This document shows positions 25,314 through 32,000 of a stretch of DNA of 32,000 bases, piece by piece (position 1 is the stretch's first letter; each line of letters begins with the position of its first letter). The translations under genes were made by a program, and so were the position numbers. The notes below the pieces were generated by a model. The model was not told the origin of the DNA. It saw only the letters and a list, made by a program, of their open reading frames with translations, and did no database searches. Source of the stretch: Archaeoglobus fulgidus DSM 4304 (GTDB lineage Archaea > Halobacteriota > Archaeoglobi > Archaeoglobales > Archaeoglobaceae); the NCBI RefSeq assembly GCF_000008665.1, contig NC_000917.1, positions 240,001 through 272,000 on the forward strand, written 5' to 3'.

Positions 25314-26266
25314 TGAAGGTGTTCTGCGTTGCCGAATACAGGTTCGAGGAGCTCAATCCGCTCAGCATCGAACTGCTAAACCTTGCAAACCAGATCAAGG
25401 GGGATGGCACGGCTGAGGCTGTGGTGATCGGCAAGGATGTGGGCAAGTACGCAGAGGAGCTTGCGAAGTACGCCGACAAGGTATGGAAGGTGGAGGATGA
25501 CAGCCTTGAGAACTACACGCCCGACCTTTACGTTGACGTGCTGCTGCAGCTTGCCGAAAGAGAGAAGCCCGATTTGATACTGATTGGCAACACCGCCCAG
25601 GGCGGGGAGTTTGCACCGTACCTCGCAGCTAAGATGAACGTTCCGATTGCAACTGACGTTGTTGCCGTTGACGTTAGCGATGGAGTTAAGGTGTCGAGAT
25701 ACTTGATGCAGGGCAAGCTTATGGTTGACCTTAAGCTGAAGTCAACTCCCGCTGTGCTCACCATCAGACAGGGAGTTTTCAAGGAAGGGCCTGAGGTAGG
25801 CGGAGAGATAGTCGATGCCGGAATCAAGCCGAGCAAGGAATCGAGAAGGAAGTTCGTGTCCTACATCGAGCCAGAGGTCGGTGAGGTTGACATTACGCAG
25901 GCCGACATAATCGTGTCAGTTGGCAGAGGTATTGAGGATGCATCCAACATCGAGCTGGCTGAGGAGCTTGCAGAGCTTCTTGGTGGTGTGGTGGCTGGAA
26001 GCAGGCCGGTCATAGACAACGGATGGCTGCCGAAGGACAGGCAGGTCGGTATCTCAGGAAAGGTCGTGAAGCCAAAGCTTTATCTGGCCCTCGGTATCAG
26101 CGGTGCATTCCAGCACATCATGGGTATGAAGGACAGCGAGCTTATAATCGCCATCAACAAGGATCCGGAAGCACCGATCTTCGGTGTGGCTCACTACGGT
26201 GTTGTTGCCGACCTCTTCGAAGTTGTCCCCGAGCTCATCGAGAAGCTGAAGGAAATAAAGGGCTGA
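25313..26266 (+). CDS. etfA: Electron transfer flavoprotein alpha subunit
   Basis: IVSVGRGI...GGVVAGSRPVIDNGWLPKDRQVGISGKVVKPKLYLALGISGAFQH is the FAD-binding signature. The ATG overlaps the etfB stop. Confidence 0.9.
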   Translation: MKVFCVAEYRFEELNPLSIELLNLANQIKGDGTAEAVVIGKDVGKYAEELAKYADKVWKVEDDSLENYTPDLYVDVLLQLAEREKPDLILIGNTAQGGEFAPYLAAKMNVPIATDVVAVDVSDGVKVSRYLMQGKLMVDLKLKSTPAVLTIRQGVFKEGPEVGGEIVDAGIKPSKESRRKFVSYIEPEVGEVDITQADIIVSVGRGIEDASNIELAEELAELLGGVVAGSRPVIDNGWLPKDRQVGISGKVVKPKLYLALGISGAFQHIMGMKDSELIIAINKDPEAPIFGVAHYGVVADLFEVVPELIEKLKEIKG

Positions 26267-26676
26267 TTTTATTTTAACTTTTTTATATTGTTCGTTATTG
26301 GTCATTCATTGCGTTGGTGGTAAAGCAGCTCCATGGTCTTACCTCAGCTGCAGACGTTCTAAGAGTTGTGGAACTGGTTTTGTCATCTCACCCATTTAAA
26401 CCTCTCTTTATTTCAGGTTTCTTTAGCTGCCATTGACTCAATTTGGCGTTCGCCCACTCTGTCGCAAGCTGAGAGCTTGCTGACTACGTAACACGCGGAG
26501 TGTTGATAGCTACTAGAAGTTCCCAAAATATAGGGGATGCATTCCTAAGAAACCGAGGTGTCATGATAACAGATAAAAAGTTTTTAGAAGTCAAACACTA
26601 TGGAGAATTATCTCATAACGTTATTTTTTAATACTCTATGGAACCAGAAGAGCGTAATCGAAAGAAGGTGATGTAG

Positions 26677-27144
26677 TTGAGTTTTGTTATCTGGATCACC
26701 GGGCCTAGCGGTGCGGGAAAGACGACGCTCGCTAATGCTCTTTACAAAAAACTGGAGAGTATGGGGTACAGGGTTGAGTTGCTGGACGGAGATGGCGTCA
26801 GGAGAAAGCTATACCCAAACTTAGGTTTTAGCGAGGAAGAGAGGTGGATGCACAATAGAGTTGTCGTGGAGATGGCGAGAAGGTTGTCGAGAAACGGTAT
26901 CATAACGATAGTTTCAGTCGTGTCCCCTTACAGGGCGTGGAGAGAGTACGCAAGGAAGGAGATAGAAAAATTCGTGGAGGTTTATCCAAGATGTCCTCTC
27001 GAAGTTAGGATGAAACGCGACCCTAAAGGGCTTTACAGCAAAGCTTTGAGAGGAGAGATAAAGGGGTTGACTGGTTTGGATGGTGAATATGAGGAGCCAG
27101 AGAATCCTGAAGTTGTGGTTGATACGGACAAAAATGACCGTTGA
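26677..27144 (+). CDS. cysC: Adenylyl-sulfate (APS) kinase; C-terminal tail displaced into another frame
   Basis: IWITGPSGAGKTTLANAL is the P-loop, followed by LDGDGVRRKL..LGFSEEER and SPYRAWRE. TTG start 5 nt after a GAAGGTGA SD. It ends DTDKNDR*, while the canonical tail is in the +1 frame (see finding). Confidence 0.85.
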   Translation: MSFVIWITGPSGAGKTTLANALYKKLESMGYRVELLDGDGVRRKLYPNLGFSEEERWMHNRVVVEMARRLSRNGIITIVSVVSPYRAWREYARKEIEKFVEVYPRCPLEVRMKRDPKGLYSKALRGEIKGLTGLDGEYEEPENPEVVVDTDKNDR

Positions 27145-27236
27145 GGAGGAAGTAGAAGCAGTCTTGAAGAAGTTGATGGAATTGGGCTATCTCTAATTCG
27201 AAACTTTTTTATCAACTCGTAGAAAGGGAGGCAGAG

Positions 27237-27995
27237 ATGTTTGGCTATCTGAAATACAGGGATGTAATTTTAACCCTCACGAAGTACGAATTCAAGCAGA
27301 GATATAGAGGAACTGTCTTTGGTGTTGCTTGGAGCCTTGTGGTTCCTTTTTTGATGGCTTTGGTTTTGTATGCTATATTCAGTCAGCTTTTGCACAGAAC
27401 AGAGTACAGAATATTGTATCTGATTGTCGGTATTTTCTTTTACCGCTATTTTAGCATGGGAACATCCATCGGACTTAATGCTGTAACTGGAAAAGCTCAT
27501 CTGGTTACGAAAACGACCATTCCAAGGGAGATTTTGCCTTTGACGACGACACTGGCTTATGGACTAAGCTCTTTTATCGAGATGGTAATACTTTTGCCGG
27601 GTATAATACACTTTGGAGGTGATATCAGTTACTTCTTCTTGCTTGTCTTGCTCCACCCAATATACGTTCTTCTAGTATTTGGGTTGAATTTATCGCTCTC
27701 AGCTATTGAAGTTTACTTCAGAGACCTAAAAGAAATCTGGAGTGTTGTTACGCAGCTAATGTTTTTCATGCTTCCCATAATTTATCCCATAGATATAATC
27801 CCCGTGAATCTTCTGCCATACTATATGCTCAACCCCCTCGTTAGGTTGCTCAACGCGTACAGGGATGTTATGATTTACGGAAAACTCCCGGATTTGTTTG
27901 ATATGATTTACGTTCTGCTGGTGACCTTCGGTATATTGCTTATCGGCCACGCAATATTTAAAAAACTGGAAAAAGGATTTGTTGAAAGATTATGA
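27237..27995 (+). CDS. ABC-2 type exporter permease (Wzm/TagG-like)
   Basis: 252 aa with six hydrophobic segments. The N-terminus LTKYEFKQRYRGTVFGVAWSLVVPFL is typical of polysaccharide/teichoic-acid ABC-2 permeases. Confidence 0.8.
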   Translation: MFGYLKYRDVILTLTKYEFKQRYRGTVFGVAWSLVVPFLMALVLYAIFSQLLHRTEYRILYLIVGIFFYRYFSMGTSIGLNAVTGKAHLVTKTTIPREILPLTTTLAYGLSSFIEMVILLPGIIHFGGDISYFFLLVLLHPIYVLLVFGLNLSLSAIEVYFRDLKEIWSVVTQLMFFMLPIIYPIDIIPVNLLPYYMLNPLVRLLNAYRDVMIYGKLPDLFDMIYVLLVTFGILLIGHAIFKKLEKGFVERL

Positions 27996-28723
27996 CTGCT
28001 GTTAAGGTAGAGGGAGTTTCGAAGAAATTCAGAATACCTGTTGAAAGGGCGGATACACTTTTTGAAAGAATTGTGTCAGCTTTCTCCGGTGGCTTGAAGT
28101 ACAGAGAGTTCTGGGCATTGAAAGATGTATCTTTTGAAGTTGAGAAGGGAGAAATTTTTGGAATAATCGGCCCGAATGGGGGAGGGAAGACGACTCTTCT
28201 ATCAATAATTGCAGGTATAATGCACCCGGACAGTGGAAGTGTTGAAGTAAACGGCAAAGTCGTTCCCATTTTGGGTTTAGGAGTCGGATTCAATCCTGAA
28301 CTTCCGGTAAGGGACAACATAATCATCTACGGAACGATTATGGGCTTGAAGAGGCAAGAGATTGAGAGAAAATATGAGGAGATAATCGAGTTCGCAGAAC
28401 TCGAAGATTTCAGGAATGCCAAGCTGAAGAATCTATCCTCGGGAATGAAAGCGAGACTCGCATTCGCAACCGTTATCAACACTAATCCGGACGTTCTCAT
28501 AGTTGATGAGGTGCTCGCTGTGGGGGATGTCAATTTCAAGAAAAAGTGCTACAAAAGGCTCAGAGAGATGAATGAAGATGGTGTCACAATTCTTTTGGTG
28601 AGTCATTCTCCCTCCATGATAAAGGGCTGGTGCCACCAAGCGATGCTTCTGAAAAAGAGTGTGGTGGCTATTGGTGAACCGAGTGATGTGGTTAAGGTTT
28701 ATGAAAAGATGAACGCTAAGTGA
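27992..28723 (+). CDS. ABC exporter ATP-binding protein (Wzt/TagH-like, no C-terminal carbohydrate-binding domain)
   Basis: Walker A GPNGGGKTT, signature LSSGMKARLAFA, and Walker B LIVDEVLAVGD, which is characteristic of the Wzt/TagH subfamily. The ATG overlaps the permease stop. Confidence 0.85.
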   Translation: MTAVKVEGVSKKFRIPVERADTLFERIVSAFSGGLKYREFWALKDVSFEVEKGEIFGIIGPNGGGKTTLLSIIAGIMHPDSGSVEVNGKVVPILGLGVGFNPELPVRDNIIIYGTIMGLKRQEIERKYEEIIEFAELEDFRNAKLKNLSSGMKARLAFATVINTNPDVLIVDEVLAVGDVNFKKKCYKRLREMNEDGVTILLVSHSPSMIKGWCHQAMLLKKSVVAIGEPSDVVKVYEKMNAK

Positions 28724-28936
28724 TAATTTTGAGTTGGCACTAAACGAAACTGCCTTTCAGGGCTACAAATTCTATTTCAAAACTCTTGGTTCTAAAACTG
28801 GAATGTTTTCGCTCTCAGCAACCTCAAAGAACTAGTCATTTGCTTACAGCGTTTCTTGCCTTCTGCACAAAATTTCGGCATCTTATTCCGTAGTCACCTT
28901 CCTCCTAAGCTCTCCTCAACTTAGAACAATCATTAC

Positions 28937-29107
28937 TTAATCCAAGCTCTTCTCTGCACCCCCAAAACAAGACTTTCCAGAGCTGAGAAGCGTATCCTTT
29001 GCGGCGTGAAACATAGTATGCTGTGCTGCAGCACCTCTCGTAAACTCCTTTTTGGCGTCCTGAACAAGCTTCTCAGCTTTTCTGATTCTCAATTCTAGTT
29101 CATCCAA
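28937..29107 (-). CDS. Possible 56-aa helical ORF (hypothetical; may be a gene remnant)
   Basis: Hand translation from TTG 29107 (GGAGGG SD 8 nt upstream): (M)DELELRIRKAEKLVQDAKKEFTRGAAAQHTMFHAAKDTLLSSGKSCFGGAEKSLD. It is the only SD-led ORF I found in the 660-bp gap. The family is not recognised. Confidence 0.2.
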   Translation of the reverse strand: MDELELRIRKAEKLVQDAKKEFTRGAAAQHTMFHAAKDTLLSSGKSCFGGAEKSLD

Positions 29108-29394
29108 TCTTTATTCCCTCCTTTTCAATGGAAACAATAAGAGAGAATTCCATTTTTTCATGTTGTCGAAGGTTTTTTGTCTATAATATTTACAGATATC
29201 AACTTTCCAATTTTTGGAATAAAGGAGTATGCTGCTTTCCTTGAACTGTTTCGGCAAACTTTAATCCGTTGACGTACCTCAATAAGGCTTCTTTAGATTT
29301 AGCCAATGTTATAAATTGGAATGCCCCTTAAGGGATTATGAGAAGGTGAAAGAGACAAGTATCTTTAATTATCCAAGAGTAAGCAGTGATTAGT

Positions 29395-30330
29395 ATGAAT
29401 CTGATAATCCATCACTGGGACACTGATGGAATAACCTCAGCCGCTTTGCTAATCAAAGCCCTTGAGCTGGACGAGTTCAGGAACATGAGTCCGCCAATTG
29501 GGGAATTTCGCTTCGATGATAGGATTAGAAAAGCAATCGAACATGCTGAGAGGGTTTACATACTCGATTTAAATCTCCCGTATGATGTTGAGGGCATAGA
29601 GAAGGAGACGGTTTTCATAGACCACCACATCCAGCCAAAAATAAAAAATCCAAGAGTTAGGCAGATAAACCCTTCTCTTGAAGGTAAAGAGAGCCCTTCA
29701 GCGTCTTTTGTCGTTTCTGAATACTTTGATGTGTGGAACACCTGGACAGCCCTTGGTGCTGTTGGAGATGTTGGAGAGAAGGCCTTTAAGATACCCAAAG
29801 TTGTGGAGCTTTTGAATAAAGAGGGTTTAGCACGAGAGGAGGTTTTGAAAGTGATTGAGCTGATAGACTCGAATTACATTGCGATGGACAGAAAAGGCGT
29901 TGAACAGGCGGTTAAGGTTGTATTGGAGAATTCAGAAAAGGACCTCCTCACCCACAAACCCTGGATTAAAAGGGCAAAAGCAGTAGGGGATGCCATTCAG
30001 GATGCCCTTTCAAACGTGGAAGTCAGGGATGGGATAGCATACATAACCTTTGAGAGCCCGTTTAACATAATCTCCAAAGTTGCAAGAAAAGCTGTCTGGG
30101 AGCTTGGCTATGATGGGGCATTAGCTGTGAACGGAAACTTCCACAAAAAAGCTCAAGTGTACTTCAGAGTCTCTCCTGATATCGCTGAAAAGGTCAATAT
30201 GCATAAAATCATTTCTAAACTCAGGGAAAAGGACTTCAATGCGGGTGGTAAAAAGGAGGTTTTGGGTTGTGTTTGTGAGAGGGATAGAGTTGAAGAGGTT
30301 TTGGGGGTTATTGACGGTCATTTAGGTTGA
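29395..30330 (+). CDS. DHH-family phosphoesterase (RecJ/NrnA-like, about 311 aa)
   Basis: HHWDTDGITSAALL (motifs I/II), YILDLN, FIDHH (DHH motif), and a degenerate DHHA1-like FNAGGKKEVLG. ATG 29395; a GTG at 29386 is the track start. Confidence 0.7.
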   Translation: MNLIIHHWDTDGITSAALLIKALELDEFRNMSPPIGEFRFDDRIRKAIEHAERVYILDLNLPYDVEGIEKETVFIDHHIQPKIKNPRVRQINPSLEGKESPSASFVVSEYFDVWNTWTALGAVGDVGEKAFKIPKVVELLNKEGLAREEVLKVIELIDSNYIAMDRKGVEQAVKVVLENSEKDLLTHKPWIKRAKAVGDAIQDALSNVEVRDGIAYITFESPFNIISKVARKAVWELGYDGALAVNGNFHKKAQVYFRVSPDIAEKVNMHKIISKLREKDFNAGGKKEVLGCVCERDRVEEVLGVIDGHLG

Positions 30331-30365
30331 AATAGGGGAAGGGTTGGTTTTTAACCTTAGCTCAA

Positions 30366-30560
30366 CTAAGTTTTCGAATTTAGACTTTTGACTCCGGGTC
30401 TGCTTATAGAAATCTCAGCCACTTTTATGCCATTTAAATGGATTTCTATTGGCCTCTCTGTGTCAGGAATCACGTTATCTACTCTGAACCTCGCATTCTT
30501 GGCTATTGGGTTGTCTTTGCGTTGCTCTCCGAAATAAGGGGAGGGTAAGACCCATTGCAC
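30366..30560 (-). CDS. Hypothetical 64-aa ORF; either the 3' half of a frameshifted gene or a separate GTG-initiated gene
   Basis: (V)QWVLPSPYFGEQRKDNPIAKNARFRVDNVIPDTERPIEIHLNGIKVAEISISRPGVKSLNSKT. It overlaps the upstream ORF by 58 nt in another frame. A decayed paralogous copy lies at 31617-31737. Confidence 0.4.
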   Translation of the reverse strand: MQWVLPSPYFGEQRKDNPIAKNARFRVDNVIPDTERPIEIHLNGIKVAEISISRPGVKSLNSKT

Positions 30561-30847
30561 CTCTTTGATTCCTTCTGCATCTTTACTGTTAGGTTAATCT
30601 CTTTCTTTCTTCTCGGCAGAGCGAGAACACTTACAATCAGCCTTTCATATAACAGATTTGCATTTAGAGTGTCTATTCTGAAGAATTCCAGACCCTCAAG
30701 TGGCGAGTAATTTGCGCTAACCTTCGGAAACACCTTTTCCTTGGCGATTATTCCGCTTCTTCTCATGAAGTAAAGAGCCTTTTGGTACCATAGATTGTTC
30801 TCTCTACTACTCCCCAGCATTTGATCTAACTGTCCGAAGAACTCCAT
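30503..30847 (-). CDS. Hypothetical 114-aa ORF (possible 5' half of a frameshifted gene)
   Basis: MEFFGQLDQMLGSSRENNLWYQKALYFMRRSGIIAKEKVF... No family recognised. The tail (CNGSYPPLISESNAKTTQ) overlaps the better-looking frame of 30366-30560. Confidence 0.4.
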   Translation of the reverse strand: MEFFGQLDQMLGSSRENNLWYQKALYFMRRSGIIAKEKVFPKVSANYSPLEGLEFFRIDTLNANLLYERLIVSVLALPRRKKEINLTVKMQKESKRCNGSYPPLISESNAKTTQ

Positions 30848-30885
30848 TCACTCCTAAATAGACTAAGATATCCAATGAGATCGAG

Positions 30886-31341
30886 TCATTCAATAATAAC
30901 AACATTGATATTTTCCTTAACTTGCTTAAAGTCTTCGTCCAACGTTAAGAAAGCATTGCAGTTGCCTTCGATCGCTGTGGTGATGTGGATCAAATCTCTA
31001 GGGAGCAAATTGTATTTTCTGATCAGCACACTCAGAGTTTCAACTTTTGGATGAGCTAGGGTATCTATGTTCAGACTCGAATACGTGCGGCATACACTTT
31101 CGTGGAGAGTGATGTAATGATCGTGCTTTTCTTTTACAAACTTTCTTACAGCGTTGCGCCCCCTACTTCCGTAGTATTTTTCGGCACTTATAGCTAAAAC
31201 AACGTAAAGAACCTCTCCATAAGATATGGCTGATGTGAAGCGTCTTTTACCAGCTATTAAAGATTTTATAGTCCGCCTTCTTTCTTCGCTACCGAGTAGC
31301 AGTTCTACGATAACGCTTGAATCAAGGTAGACTAAATCCAT
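30886..31341 (-). CDS. vapC: PIN-domain ribonuclease toxin (VapC family)
   Basis: MDLVYLDSSVIVELL, SYGEVLY, LLPRDLIHITTAIEGNCNAFLTLDEDF show acidic residues with PIN spacing. The gene overlaps the upstream antitoxin gene by 10 nt. Confidence 0.8.
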   Translation of the reverse strand: MDLVYLDSSVIVELLLGSEERRRTIKSLIAGKRRFTSAISYGEVLYVVLAISAEKYYGSRGRNAVRKFVKEKHDHYITLHESVCRTYSSLNIDTLAHPKVETLSVLIRKYNLLPRDLIHITTAIEGNCNAFLTLDEDFKQVKENINVVIIE

Positions 31342-31532
31342 ACTTCATCTAGCAGTTCAAGGATTTTCTCTTTAGAAGCTTCCCCTGCTATTTTTTTAAC
31401 ATGCTCATGAATCCTATCAATCTCACTAAAATCTTCTATTAGTATTTTAAACCTGGAACCTTCAGGGAGATCAACCTTTTCGAGAGGCTTGAACATCCCA
31501 TTTTCGTATATTACTTCAATTACTCGGGGCAT
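31332..31532 (-). CDS. DUF104-family antitoxin (VapB-like partner of the PIN toxin)
   Basis: MPRVIEVIYENGMFKPLEKVDLPEGSRFKILIE is the typical DUF104 N-terminus, followed by an acidic helical tail. Confidence 0.75.
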   Translation of the reverse strand: MPRVIEVIYENGMFKPLEKVDLPEGSRFKILIEDFSEIDRIHEHVKKIAGEASKEKILELLDEVWI

Positions 31533-31616
31533 AGAATTTGATTAATTCAAAAACTTAAATCTCTTTCGTCTCACTTCTCCTTATCACTATTTCATTTTTT
31601 CACCGTTCGAAATGAC

Positions 31617-31737
31617 TCAAGCTCTCTGGAATCGGGCAATGCTATCTACTCTGAACCTTGCTTTTTTGGTACTCTCAAAAGTCCTCTCTCCCCTCGAAAT
31701 CTGATCTAAAAACCCTTTATCCCGAACAGAGCAAAAT
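31617..31737 (-). pseudogene. Decayed paralogue of the 30366-30560 ORF, directly downstream of the second PIN gene
   Basis: A frame with no start codon reads ..ISRGERTFESTKKARFRVDSIARFQRA*, compared with SPYFGEQRKDNPIAKNARFRVDNVIPDTERP. A 16-nt identical core tatctactctgaacct occurs at 31643-31658 and 30476-30491, with similar flanks plus indels. Confidence 0.5.
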
Positions 31738-32000
31738 TCAAAGCAACCTTAGCTTGAGCTCGGAAACATTGGCTATATCCTTAAAATCGCTGTCCTTCGT
31801 TATCAACTCTTCGTTTCTGTTTATGCAGATTGAAGCTATGAGCAAATCTGCGAATGTTTTAGCTTTGCCCAATTTCACGAGTCTGCTCTGAATTTTATGC
31901 GCCAGTACAAAATCTTCGATGTCTGGGAAAAGGATTTTGCCGTAAAATTCTTTGTAAAACACAATCCTCGGATACTCCACAAACGTAACTGCAGTTATGT
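31738..32000 (-). CDS. PIN-domain protein (VapC family), 5' end beyond the window
   Basis: ..FVLAHKIQSRLVKLGKAKTFADLLIASICINRNEELITKDSDFKDIA is a PIN C-terminal half. The frame stays open past the GTG at 31980 to position 32000 (..ITAVTFVEYPRIV). Confidence 0.7.
   Translation of the reverse strand, partial: ITAVTFVEYPRIVFYKEFYGKILFPDIEDFVLAHKIQSRLVKLGKAKTFADLLIASICINRNEELITKDSDFKDIANVSELKLRLL

Noticed and set aside
26267-26676. A possible ncRNA or mini-ORF in the 410-bp gap. One hairpin is at 26464-26480. An SD-led 18-codon ORF, MGEMTKPVPQLLERLQLR, lies on the minus strand.
   Set aside because: I could not recognise any RNA family (no C/D or H/ACA boxes, no tRNA-like fold), and the mini-ORF has no supporting features. 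I mention the gap only as part of the compositional-break finding.
28740-28936. A minus-strand 29-codon ORF, MPKFCAEGKKRCKQMTSSLRLLRAKTFQF, downstream of the 56-aa helical ORF.
   Set aside because: It is too short, the SD spacing is poor (about 20 nt), and it has no recognisable motif. It is probably chance or gene debris.

Overview
This is an archaeal chromosomal segment with about 40 genes. By gene content it looks like Archaeoglobus fulgidus: an IPCT/DIPPS gene next to FEN-1, an ISA1214-type insertion sequence, and many beta-oxidation genes. That identification is from memory, not from a search.

Positions 1-26.3 kb look like core genome (spot GC counts of single 60-nt lines are about 47-57%). 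In order, this part holds:
- a partial acyl-CoA synthetase, tRNA-Asn, IPCT/DIPPS, FEN-1, MoaB and an EamA transporter
- a secreted C45/Ntn hydrolase
- a minus-strand redox cluster: DUF1641, a ferredoxin/MvhD-like/CCG fusion, a peroxiredoxin and a DsrE-like gene
- a translationally coupled four-subunit SoxA/SoxB-like flavoenzyme cluster
- a 967-aa PGF-CTERM surface protein with four Cys-bracketed repeats
- archaeal CobT and a PAS/GAF sensor
- an IS element with a 12-bp target duplication
- a TRAM protein, a wHTH protein and a UPF0212 protein
- a beta-oxidation block: thiolase, DUF35, HBD/ECH fusion and EtfBA

From about 26.3 kb the sequence becomes AT-rich (spot counts about 33-38% GC) and looks accessory. 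It holds APS kinase, a Wzm/Wzt-type exporter, two ORF-free gaps, a DHH phosphoesterase, a split hypothetical gene, a DUF104/PIN toxin-antitoxin pair and a second PIN gene.

Four reading frames look disrupted:
- a peroxiredoxin 5' frameshift
- an in-frame TAG in the DsrE-like gene
- a cysC 3' frameshift in an A5 run
- a split ORF at 30.4-30.8 kb

No rRNA genes or CRISPR arrays were seen. All family assignments rest on motif recognition by eye; no searches were run.
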